A DNA stretch of 64,000 bases, from the NCBI GenBank assembly GCA_016283295.1, contig JAEEMQ010000024.1, forward strand, positions 325 to 64,324, given 5' to 3'. Shown here piece after piece: positions 13,928 to 23,186 of the stretch; the stretch's first letter is position 1, and every line of letters starts with the position of its first letter. Under the pieces are notes generated by a model. That model ran no database searches. It was given only the letters and a program-made list of their open reading frames with translations, and was not told the DNA's origin. Position numbers and translations under genes: made by a program. The DNA comes from Alphaproteobacteria bacterium. GTDB lineage: Bacteria; Pseudomonadota; Alphaproteobacteria; RF32; CAG-239.

Positions 13928-16612
13928 ATGAAAGGTCTTAAAATGGCTGATATTTTTGAGCAAATAAAGCAAGAGTATTATTCTATGGATTCTCAGTTAA
14001 AAGATGAGATTTCTTCCGGATATACGCATTTCAAAACAACCTATAATCCTGAAATTCTAAAATCATTAAGCGGCGAAGAACTGCTTGATAAGATGTTTTT
14101 AGGGAAAGGTGATAATGAAAATCTATGCTATTATTTGGAAAAGGATAAAAGAAGTAAGATATATGGCGGAATCGGTGGCGGAAATGCTTCCAAATTTGGT
14201 TTATATTACTCAAAAGATAAAAATTCATGGGTTAAAGGTAAAGGAAATTCCACTCGAATACTGTCTGTGGAAGAAGCCATTGAGGAAGGTATCAAAATCA
14301 GGGATGAGATTGTTGATGCCTGTAAATTGGTATCAAATCTAAAATTTGATACTATTGAGGATTATCGAAAGCTAGATGAGTATAAAAATGGCAGTCAAAA
14401 TATAAAAAATTTATGGGTTAGAAAATATTTGCATATGATGTTTCCAGAACATTTTCCTCTATGGTATAATGCAGATATGCTTGATGCTATTATTCAATAC
14501 TTTGGTGAAATCTCTGAAGATGGTGTATTTGCAAAAGAGGGACAAATTGCAATGATTGCTAAGAGATGCAATATTCCATTAAACCTTTTTTCTAGTTTAG
14601 ATAGTATCGTAGATATAGCACAATCTGTGAAACACTCTGATTGGACGAAAGACAATACAAATAATGAGGGCATCCATTATTGGGTTTGTGCTCCTGGTAG
14701 AAATGCCGAAAAATGGGAGGAATGTTATCAAAAAGGTATTTTGGTTTTAGGTTGGGATGAACTCGGTGATTACAGAGAATATGCAGATAGAAAAGAAATA
14801 GAAGAAGCAATAAAACATTACGATAGTAGTAAAAAAGGTCCCAATAACGATACATTAGCTGTTTGGGGATTTTGCCATGTTATGAAAGAAGGAGATATAG
14901 TGTATGCCAAGAAAGGTAGAACAAAAATTATTGGTCGGGGCATAGTGAAATCCGAATATATATATGATGCTGATAGGCAAGATTATAAAAACATAAGAAA
15001 AGTAGATTGGACGGCTGGAGATTGGGAATTAGCGGAAGAGTGGAGTAAAGCGCCATTAGCCCCCAAAACCCTAACAGATATAACAAAGTACCCAGATTGG
15101 TATCGGAGACTTGAAGATATAACGTTAGGAGTAAGTATGATAAAATCAAAAAAGGATTTACAAATGAGACAAATGCGAAATATTCCATTAAATCAAATTT
15201 TATATGGTCCTCCGGGAACTGGTAAAACATACAACACGGTAATAGAGTGTATTCATATATTAAATAATGATTTATACAATGAATATTTGAACAGTAGTGA
15301 TAAATCAAGATTTTATAAAGATAATCTTTTACCTGAGTACAATCGCCTCAGAGAGCAAGGAGTGATAGAATTTATTACATTTCACCAATCATATTCATAT
15401 GAAGAGTTTGTTGAAGGTATAAAACCAGAGGTTTCTGGTGATACAAAAGAGGTTGAATACAATGTGAAACCAGGTATTTTTAGAACAATTTGTGAAAAAG
15501 CGTCAACACCAACAGTTTTGCAAAATAAGTGGAATATTGATTCAGATGTATCAATATGGAAAGTTTCATTAGGGGGAACCTATGATAACCCAATCAGAAA
15601 AGATTGTTTTGAGAATAATCGGATTAGAATAGGATGGGACGATTATGGGGAGAATTATGAGGACAAGGCAACGGAAGGAAAACGAACTTTAGATGCTTTT
15701 TATCAAAAAATGAAAAAGGGTGATATTGTTTTATCCTGTTATACTAATCGGATAATAGATGGAATTGGAATAGTGGAAGGAAATCCTGTCTTTGATACAT
15801 CATTAAGCGAGTATAAAAGAACAAGGAAGGTCAATTGGATATTAAAAAACATTAGAGAAGATATTTTCAGTATAAATGATGATACAACAATGACTTTACC
15901 TGCTGTATATAAATTAAAGATTCCTTTGAATAAAATAATTGAGATTCTGCATAAGTATAATACTCATGCTCCAGTAACCAAGGAAAATAGTCAGAAGTTT
16001 GTTTTGGTAATTGATGAGATAAATCGTGGTAATATATCTAAAATTTTTGGAGAACTTATTACCTTAATCGAAGAAGATAAGCGTTCAAACCTATCTGTAA
16101 GACTTCCTTATTCACAAGAAACTCTTACTGTACCTAAGAATTTGTATATCATTGGCACAATGAATACATCTGACCGTTCAATTGCGACAATTGATATTGC
16201 TTTGAGGCGGAGATTTACATTTATTCCTAAAATGCCTGACGAAAATTTAGTTCCGGATAAATTTAATATGAAAGAAGCTTTTAAGAATCTAAACAAAAAA
16301 ATACGGATTCTTCTTGATGAAGACCATCAGATAGGTCACAGCTATTTTATGAATATTGAGACTATTTCAGACTTAAAGGAAACTTGGGCGAATAAAATCA
16401 TTCCATTGCTAAATGAATACTTTTACGGTGATTGGACTAAGCTGAGATTGTTAATTCCTGGATTTATTTCTGAAAACCCAATAGAAGATAAAGAATTAGA
16501 AGATGAAATTGGTGAAAATTGTTATTATAGGTTTAAAAATCCTTTTTCATTAAGCGATGATGATTTTATAAAAGCGACAATGGGACGGAAAATTGAAACA
16601 GATAAAGATTAG
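13928..16612 (+). CDS. mcrB: McrB-family AAA+ GTPase with a long N-terminal region and a domain inserted in the AAA+ core
   Basis: Walker A LYGPPGTGKTY. FHQSYSYEEFVEG. Walker B and McrB signature VLVIDEINRGNISKIFGELITLIEEDKR. IIGTMNTSDRSIATIDIALRRRF. Two homologous ~110-aa modules are present, one N-terminal and one between Walker A and Walker B. An alternative start lies at 13943. Confidence 0.85.
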   Translation: MKGLKMADIFEQIKQEYYSMDSQLKDEISSGYTHFKTTYNPEILKSLSGEELLDKMFLGKGDNENLCYYLEKDKRSKIYGGIGGGNASKFGLYYSKDKNSWVKGKGNSTRILSVEEAIEEGIKIRDEIVDACKLVSNLKFDTIEDYRKLDEYKNGSQNIKNLWVRKYLHMMFPEHFPLWYNADMLDAIIQYFGEISEDGVFAKEGQIAMIAKRCNIPLNLFSSLDSIVDIAQSVKHSDWTKDNTNNEGIHYWVCAPGRNAEKWEECYQKGILVLGWDELGDYREYADRKEIEEAIKHYDSSKKGPNNDTLAVWGFCHVMKEGDIVYAKKGRTKIIGRGIVKSEYIYDADRQDYKNIRKVDWTAGDWELAEEWSKAPLAPKTLTDITKYPDWYRRLEDITLGVSMIKSKKDLQMRQMRNIPLNQILYGPPGTGKTYNTVIECIHILNNDLYNEYLNSSDKSRFYKDNLLPEYNRLREQGVIEFITFHQSYSYEEFVEGIKPEVSGDTKEVEYNVKPGIFRTICEKASTPTVLQNKWNIDSDVSIWKVSLGGTYDNPIRKDCFENNRIRIGWDDYGENYEDKATEGKRTLDAFYQKMKKGDIVLSCYTNRIIDGIGIVEGNPVFDTSLSEYKRTRKVNWILKNIREDIFSINDDTTMTLPAVYKLKIPLNKIIEILHKYNTHAPVTKENSQKFVLVIDEINRGNISKIFGELITLIEEDKRSNLSVRLPYSQETLTVPKNLYIIGTMNTSDRSIATIDIALRRRFTFIPKMPDENLVPDKFNMKEAFKNLNKKIRILLDEDHQIGHSYFMNIETISDLKETWANKIIPLLNEYFYGDWTKLRLLIPGFISENPIEDKELEDEIGENCYYRFKNPFSLSDDDFIKATMGRKIETDKD

Positions 16613-17816
16613 AGAATACGAATCATCAACCGATGTATCAAGTAATGATTTAATCTTGTTGAAACGATATTTAGATAAACAAGGTTTATCCGATGCATTT
16701 GATGTTGCTCCAAATAAAATACGTGCATCTTCTTATGTCGGGGTTATAAGGTGTCATAACCTGCAAATTGAAGTTCTTCCGAAACTTCTGGCGGATGAAT
16801 ATGCTAGTGATTCTGTCATTTTAAGAAATCTTCTGTATATGCTATCATATACAAGGAAAATGGAGATTAAGTCCGATAATAATGTTAAGCTCAACAATAG
16901 CAAGAATCCATTTCTTGAGATATTGATACATGAATACGCTACATCTTTATTTGAAAATTTGAGAAAACAAACTCCAAAAACCTATATACATGAACAAAAT
17001 AATCTATCGTATATGAAAGGAAAATTGAATTTTTCCCAGCATATTAAGTACAATTCTACTAATAAGGCGAAGTTTTATTGTGAATATGATGAATTTGCCG
17101 AGAATAATATCTTAAATCAGCTGTTTTTATATGTTTCAAGCCTACTACATCAAATAACGACGAACAATGAGAATAAAAAGATTTTGAAACAGATTATGAA
17201 CTTTTATGCGGATATTGAATTTGTTAGAATATCCTCACAAAGGGCAAATAAAATTAAATTGTTAAGAAATCAACAGTTGTTCCAGAAGGCTTTTGATTTG
17301 GCGAAAATGTTCTTATCACATTTGAGTATTGATTTTAGTAGAAATAAAATTGAAAACATCACTCTTTTGTGGGATATGAATGTTCTATTTGAAGAATACG
17401 TTTTTGAGATAATGCGAAGAAAATGCCCAGAAATATCTGTTACCGCTCAAAAAGGAAAGAAATTATTGGTAGAAGTTGAAAGTAATCATAAAAGACGCAA
17501 TACATTCGTTGATATATTGGTTGAAAAAGGTAACGAGAAGATAATTGTTGATACGAAATATAAAAAATTTGAATCTCTTTATGATTTCAGTAATGCGGAT
17601 GTATTCCAGGTTTCAACATATTGCCTTTTGCACGACACGAAGAAAGCAATCTTGATCTATCCACAATGGAGTGACGATGCCCAAACAACACAAATTTGCC
17701 ATCTGAATGCGCCTGAAGAGAATTATATCATCCAATTTTCTACCGTTAATTTACGGAAAGATTTAAGAGTAAGTAATATTGAAGATGAGTTGATTAATAT
17801 AATCAATCAAAATTAG
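16593..17816 (+). CDS. mcrC: McrC-like nuclease subunit (PD-(D/E)xK)
   Basis: 407 aa. Overlaps the mcrB 3' end by 20 nt (TTG start). Motif FVDILVE...IIVDTKYKK fits D...(D/E)xK. Confidence 0.75.
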   Translation: MKQIKIREYESSTDVSSNDLILLKRYLDKQGLSDAFDVAPNKIRASSYVGVIRCHNLQIEVLPKLLADEYASDSVILRNLLYMLSYTRKMEIKSDNNVKLNNSKNPFLEILIHEYATSLFENLRKQTPKTYIHEQNNLSYMKGKLNFSQHIKYNSTNKAKFYCEYDEFAENNILNQLFLYVSSLLHQITTNNENKKILKQIMNFYADIEFVRISSQRANKIKLLRNQQLFQKAFDLAKMFLSHLSIDFSRNKIENITLLWDMNVLFEEYVFEIMRRKCPEISVTAQKGKKLLVEVESNHKRRNTFVDILVEKGNEKIIVDTKYKKFESLYDFSNADVFQVSTYCLLHDTKKAILIYPQWSDDAQTTQICHLNAPEENYIIQFSTVNLRKDLRVSNIEDELINIINQN

Positions 17817-17827
17817 ACCATGGGCTA

Positions 17828-17880
17828 TAAATGTTAAACAATGTGGCGAATCTGCACAAAGTTTAACATTTTTTTATTTT
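17828..17880 (+). terminator. rho-independent terminator of mcrBC
   Basis: AAATGTTAAAC (17828-17838) pairs with GTTTAACATTT (17860-17870), followed by a T-run. Confidence 0.7.
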
Positions 17881-17929
17881 CTGTATTTTGCTCATTTTCA
17901 AAAGTGCTTATTTTACGCGGTTTTCCGAG

Positions 17930-17963
17930 AAAATGTTAAAGAATGCACATTCTTTAACATTTT
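17930..17963. promoter_or_regulatory. perfect 16-bp-arm palindrome
   Basis: AAAATGTTAAAGAATG ca CATTCTTTAACATTTT. It shares the TGTTAAA/TTTAACA motif with the mcrC terminator stem. Confidence 0.5.
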
Positions 17964-18069
17964 GAGATTTACATGACAAATTTTACTTTTTATGCAAAAA
18001 TATGATTAAAAAATAAAGTTTTTTAAATTTCAGAAAAACTTTTAACACAGAACTAACATTTTTTAGAAA

Positions 18070-18178
18070 AATGTGTATTTTTTAACAAATCTCACTAAGA
18101 ATAATGTGTATAAATAGTGAAATTATCACTTGAAAAATGTGTATTTTTATGTTATATATGCCTTATAAAATGTGTATA
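18070..18178 (+). promoter_or_regulatory. four phased AATGTGTAT boxes upstream of the AAA+ ATPase gene
   Basis: The 9-mer AATGTGTAT starts at 18070, 18103, 18136 and 18169, exactly 33 bp apart. Flanks alternate, giving a 66-bp double unit. The last box ends 23 nt before the ATG at 18201. Confidence 0.6.
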
Positions 18179-18200
18179 AATAATTTATAGGGCAAGTAAA

Positions 18201-19550
18201 ATGTATCGTAAAGCAGAGCATAGACTACAAAAGTGGAAGGCAAGCCAAAAGAAAAAAGCCTTGCTGATTACTGGACCAAGACAGGTTGGAAAAACTTACA
18301 TTGTTCGTGAATTTGGTAAAGCTAATTATAAGCATTTTGTTGAAATAAACTTTATTACCACACCAACAGCAGCCGATATTTTCTCTGGTGATTTGAATGC
18401 CGATACAATCATTATGAACCTGACTGCCTTTATAGGCAGACCGCTGGAAAACGGCAAGACACTGATATTCCTTGATGAAATACAAGAATGTCCTAATGCC
18501 CGAACAGCCATTAAATTTTTGGTTGATGATGGAAGATTTGATTACATAGAATCTGGCTCACTCTTGGGAGTTCAATATAAGCAAGTTCCATCTTATCCTG
18601 TTGGTTATGAAGAAATATTCCAGATGTATCCTATGGATTTTGAAGAGTTTTGTATTGCTAATGGAGTCCAGCAATCAACTATTGATTACCTGCGTGAATG
18701 CTATGAAAAACAGCAAGTCATAACCGATTCTATTCATCAAACAATGACTAATTTATTTAAGTATTATATTGTGGTGGGAGGTATGCCTGATGTGGTTCAA
18801 AGATTTATTGATACCCACGATATAGGTCAAGTGGTGGGCGTTCAGCGTGATATCATCACTCAATATAGACAAGATATCAATAAGTATGCCAAGGTTGGAA
18901 AGAATATGATTAGTAATATTTTTAATAATATTCCTTCTCAGTTAGACGATAAAAACCGTAGGTTTATGCTTACATCTATTCAAAAGAGTGCCAGACTTCG
19001 TGATTATGAAGACTCGTTCTTGTGGCTCTCTGATGCTGGCGTAGCTCTACCTTGTTATAATTTATCAGAACCAAAGATACCTCTTAAAATCAACGAACAA
19101 AGCCGTTTGTTTAAGTTATATCTTAATGATGTAGGGTTGCTTTGCTCTATGAGTTTGGAGAACGTTCAATTTGAGATTCTACAAGGAAATCTCTCTATCA
19201 ATATGGGTGGAATATTGGAAAATGCTTTTGCTGAACTATTGAAGACCAACGGATTTGCTTTAAGATATATGAATAAAAAGAATATTGGTGAACTGGATTT
19301 TGTCGTTCAGAAGAAAAATGATGTTATTCCAATAGAAATTAAATCTGGCAAGGATTATAAGACACACGCTGCCATCAATAATGCTATGGAAGTAAAGGAA
19401 TGGAAATTGGATAAAGGTATCGTGTTCTGTATGAATAATATAGAAAAAGAGGAAAAGATATTATACCTTCCTTGGTATATGGTGATGTTTTTCAAATCTG
19501 AAAATCAAGATACCTCAATGATTGTTAACGTTGATTTAAGCGGATTGTAA
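18201..19550 (+). CDS. AAA+ ATPase, AAA_14 + DUF4143 type
   Basis: Walker A ITGPRQVGKTY, Walker B LIFLDEIQ. 449-aa length and C-terminal region are typical of the COG1373 family. Confidence 0.75.
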   Translation: MYRKAEHRLQKWKASQKKKALLITGPRQVGKTYIVREFGKANYKHFVEINFITTPTAADIFSGDLNADTIIMNLTAFIGRPLENGKTLIFLDEIQECPNARTAIKFLVDDGRFDYIESGSLLGVQYKQVPSYPVGYEEIFQMYPMDFEEFCIANGVQQSTIDYLRECYEKQQVITDSIHQTMTNLFKYYIVVGGMPDVVQRFIDTHDIGQVVGVQRDIITQYRQDINKYAKVGKNMISNIFNNIPSQLDDKNRRFMLTSIQKSARLRDYEDSFLWLSDAGVALPCYNLSEPKIPLKINEQSRLFKLYLNDVGLLCSMSLENVQFEILQGNLSINMGGILENAFAELLKTNGFALRYMNKKNIGELDFVVQKKNDVIPIEIKSGKDYKTHAAINNAMEVKEWKLDKGIVFCMNNIEKEEKILYLPWYMVMFFKSENQDTSMIVNVDLSGL

Positions 19551-19628
19551 GTGGCTAATTGCAAAAATTTATGTACTTTTAATTTTTTCATATTATAATA
19601 TTGATGTTGATAAAAAAAAGGCAAATTT

Positions 19629-20759
19629 ATGGAAAAAGACCCATTTGAAGAATATCTAAAGCAAGCAGAACCAAGCAAGAGAGATAAAAGCTATGCTTGG
19701 CGAACGGCTATAGGGTTGCAAAAAGTTGACGGATTAGAGCCTTCCCAATACCTGATTGATACTGCCATCAAAAATATTGAAGGTGATATCACAATAAAAG
19801 AAGCCCAAGCTCTACTTAATTCGTATTATAAAGAGAATGGCAAAGTTAATGACAAGGGGCGAACCGAAGAAGCTGATAAAGTTTCTGCTCAAATTACCGA
19901 ACTTCTATCAGAAAAGGCCTTTAGTTTTTCAACAAACGAATATATTTCTATTCATAAAAAGCTTTTTGACGGTATATACGATTATGCCGGCATACTCCGC
20001 AACTATAATATCACTAAAAAAGAATGGGTATTAAACGGAGAAACGGTCGTTTACGGAACAGCAACAGAGTTAAGGGCAACTCTTGATTATGATATAAATC
20101 AAGAAAAAAAGTTTAATTACAAAGGACTGTCTGTTAAAGACATTATTCACCATTTGGCTGTTTTTGTTTCAGGATTATGGCAAATACACGCATTTAGCGA
20201 AGGAAACACCAGAACAACCGCCGTATTTTTCATTAAATACCTAAGAACCTTAGGTTACAATGTGACAAATGATATTTTTGCTGAGAATGCTTGGTATTTC
20301 AGAAACGCTTTGGTTCGAGCAAATTATACGGATTTGAAGAACGATATACACTCAACAACCGAATATTTAGAGTTGTTTTTGGAAAATTTGTTGCTGAATA
20401 AAGGCCATAAACTACTTAACCGTACAATGCATATAAACTATGTTTCAAATGAAAAAGTAGACATTGAAAGCCCAAAAGTAGACATTCAAGCATCAAAAGT
20501 AGATATTCAAGCATCAAAAGTAGACATTGAAAGTCTATGCAAAGAAAGGTTACCTAACATTTCAGCCAAATCAATTGGTCATATCTTGAAAATATATGAA
20601 GCTTATGGAAGTACCAAACATTTTGGGCGTTCTGACGTAATTGAAAAAATAAAAGTCAAGCCGGCAACGGCATCAAAATTTATTAAACTTCTTTTAGATA
20701 ACCAAATTATTAAACCCGTCCAAGGTCATGGCAAAGGCAAATATGTCTTTGTGATTTAA
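19629..20759 (+). CDS. Fic/DOC family protein with internal 7-aa tandem repeats
   Basis: Fic motif HAFSEGNTRTTAVF (HxFx[DE]GNxR). Repeat stretch KVDIESP KVDIQAS KVDIQAS KVDIESL. Confidence 0.8.
   Translation: MEKDPFEEYLKQAEPSKRDKSYAWRTAIGLQKVDGLEPSQYLIDTAIKNIEGDITIKEAQALLNSYYKENGKVNDKGRTEEADKVSAQITELLSEKAFSFSTNEYISIHKKLFDGIYDYAGILRNYNITKKEWVLNGETVVYGTATELRATLDYDINQEKKFNYKGLSVKDIIHHLAVFVSGLWQIHAFSEGNTRTTAVFFIKYLRTLGYNVTNDIFAENAWYFRNALVRANYTDLKNDIHSTTEYLELFLENLLLNKGHKLLNRTMHINYVSNEKVDIESPKVDIQASKVDIQASKVDIESLCKERLPNISAKSIGHILKIYEAYGSTKHFGRSDVIEKIKVKPATASKFIKLLLDNQIIKPVQGHGKGKYVFVI
20454..20537 (+). repeat. 4 x 21-bp in-frame tandem repeat inside the Fic gene
   Basis: Units of AAAGTAGACATTSAAGCMYCA-type sequence start at 20454, 20475, 20496 and 20517. 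Confidence 0.85.
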
Positions 20760-20772
20760 GTATTAAATACCT

Positions 20773-22083
20773 TTACTCTTTGCCTAATAACCAATCAAGC
20801 ACATTTAAGCGCTTTATACCATCATTTTCACCAGAACCATAATCCATCGTCAATAAAAACTTCGGATAATTATCCTCGATAGCTTTAAGTGGTGCGAGTT
20901 CTCGCTCCAAAAGCTCTGTTCCTATTACATTCAGCGCAACTTGGTAATATTCGACAATACCACCGCTTTTTTTAGCCACAAAATCAACTTCAATTATCTT
21001 ATTGCCCTTATGAATTTTACCAACTGTAACCTCATAGCCCCGGCGTATTAATTCAAGATATACCACGTTTTCAAAAATATGACCTGCATCCATATCCTTC
21101 ATACCGATTAAAGCTGTTCTTAAGCCAATATCAGCAACATAATACTTCGAATTGCTATCAAGATACTGCTTACCTTTAATATCGTAACGATCGCATTTAT
21201 ACATCAAGAAGCTATCGAGCAGACCTTCAATAATTCTATCTATCGTTGGTACAGAGATTTTATGCCCCCCAGCACTCAATCCACGCTCAATATTGCGGAC
21301 AGACGTTTCATTGCCAATATTATCAAACATATATTTAACCACAGAATCAAGCTTGTTCGTATCAGCTATATTAAAACGTTTCACAATATCCTTCTGAACT
21401 GTATTCAAATAAACTGTATCATGCAAATAGTCGCTGATATGTTGACGATCATATAACATCTTCAAAGTCTGCGGAAAGCCACTTTCACGGATGTAATGTT
21501 CATAAGTAGCTTGAAAATCACCAAACTCCAAAAAGTCCTTACGAGTTCTTAAAGTATTTCCAGCAGTAAGTCGATATGCCATATAATACTCCAAAAACGA
21601 TAACGGTTGCATTTTAATTTCAACATAACGACCACCTAAGGAATTGGCTAAATCAGAAGAGAACATATACGCATTGGAACCAGTCAAATATACATCAACA
21701 TTTTTCTGCAAACGTAACGTATTGGCGACTTTTTGCCAACCTATTAATAGTTGGACTTCATCAATAAAAACAAAGTTCATTTTTTGCGGATTTAATCTTG
21801 CTAAAATGTAATCAAGTAGCTTTTCATAACCAACAAGAAAATGCTCGCTGTTTTCGGTTAAACCTATTTTTTGAGTTTGTATAAGATCTTCAAGGTTTAT
21901 ACTGACGATTTGATCATCATCGGCTATTTTATCAAATTGTAACTGTGTTTGAAACAACTCAAACAATTTAGACTTTCCACAGCGCCGAACACCAGTCACT
22001 ATTTTTATTAAATCGTTTTGGCCTTGCCAAGCTTTTAGTTGACGTATATATTCAGGTCTATCCATTAATGTTTCTGTTGTCAT
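20773..22083 (-). CDS. AAA+ ATPase, AAA_14 + DUF4143 type (second copy, divergent sequence)
   Basis: Walker A VTGVRRCGKSKLF, Walker B FVFIDEVQ. 436 aa. AAGGAGAG ribosome-binding site. Confidence 0.75.
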   Translation of the reverse strand: MTTETLMDRPEYIRQLKAWQGQNDLIKIVTGVRRCGKSKLFELFQTQLQFDKIADDDQIVSINLEDLIQTQKIGLTENSEHFLVGYEKLLDYILARLNPQKMNFVFIDEVQLLIGWQKVANTLRLQKNVDVYLTGSNAYMFSSDLANSLGGRYVEIKMQPLSFLEYYMAYRLTAGNTLRTRKDFLEFGDFQATYEHYIRESGFPQTLKMLYDRQHISDYLHDTVYLNTVQKDIVKRFNIADTNKLDSVVKYMFDNIGNETSVRNIERGLSAGGHKISVPTIDRIIEGLLDSFLMYKCDRYDIKGKQYLDSNSKYYVADIGLRTALIGMKDMDAGHIFENVVYLELIRRGYEVTVGKIHKGNKIIEVDFVAKKSGGIVEYYQVALNVIGTELLERELAPLKAIEDNYPKFLLTMDYGSGENDGIKRLNVLDWLLGKE

Positions 22084-22352
22084 TTTCGCTCTCCTTTAAT
22101 GTTAATTATAATTAACAAAATCAAAATAGTCAATGTTTTTGTTAAATACAATTTACAATTTTTAATATTTTAGTATTTTGATTAAGCGTATTTTACAATT
22201 TTTGCATAGTTTGCAAGATAATGATCAAGACTATGTTTTTATGTAAAAAAGCAATACCATTGCAGATTTGCATAAAAGATAACTTTTCGATCAGATGCTA
22301 TTCAATAAACAATTTACTTAAATCTGCAAAAAAGGATAAAGCATCATCATAT

Positions 22353-22778
22353 TTAATGCGTTCGGATAGTAGATTGTTCATAGCTTATTTCTCTTCCATT
22401 ATATGATATTGTTCTAGATATTCTTTTATTAACACCAATACGCAAACCGGTAGGTACCTGAGTAGATTTTCCTGAATTATAATCCTGTTCTGCTTTAGAT
22501 GGAAATATTTTCACCTTTAATTTTTTTAATGCCTGTTTAGCGATGGTAATAAAATCAGTTTCCAGAATACGTTTACCGGTTAATTTAGATTCTTTTGTTT
22601 TAGCAAATATACCTTGTCCAATTTTGATAAGAAATTGTTCTTTCACCATTTTTCTTAATACACGTCCAACCTGATCTCTATCGCTTAAATCATAGAAATC
22701 AGATAAAATAAATGCAGATACCTTACTCTTATTAATACGATATCTCATTTTAGCTTCTAATGTATTACCAACCGGCAT
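22353..22778 (-). CDS. AbiEi/DUF6088-like antitoxin-domain protein (orphan)
   Basis: 141 aa. The pattern SDF...RDQVGRVLRKMVKEQFLIKIGQGIFA resembles the AbiEi_4/DUF6088 N-terminal winged helix. No AbiEii-like gene is adjacent. Confidence 0.4.
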   Translation of the reverse strand: MPVGNTLEAKMRYRINKSKVSAFILSDFYDLSDRDQVGRVLRKMVKEQFLIKIGQGIFAKTKESKLTGKRILETDFITIAKQALKKLKVKIFPSKAEQDYNSGKSTQVPTGLRIGVNKRISRTISYNGREISYEQSTIRTH

Positions 22779-23186
22779 ATATGTATCCTTTTACAAAAAC
22801 ACAACATTATTTAATGCAAATATACGACATTTTATTTTAAAAACAAATAGATAAAATGCAGTAAATAAAAGGATTATGATAAATCTTATGATAATTACGA
22901 AATTATAATTACTATATAAATGAAATTATTTAGCATACAAACTACACCATTTATACAAATAACCTAAGATATGTTAATTATGCATCATTCAATAATTCTG
23001 TAGACAATTCTTTGTTGAAACCATATTTTCTACTTAATTTATGATTTTGTTATAAAAAGTAGATATTCAATTTATTGAGTAAAAGTTCTGGAATCCCGAT
23101 ATATAGCCATTTACAAAGGGAATAATATCTATTAAAATTCATTATATAGCAAAAAATATTCACTAATAACGGTTCAAAAAGAAACA

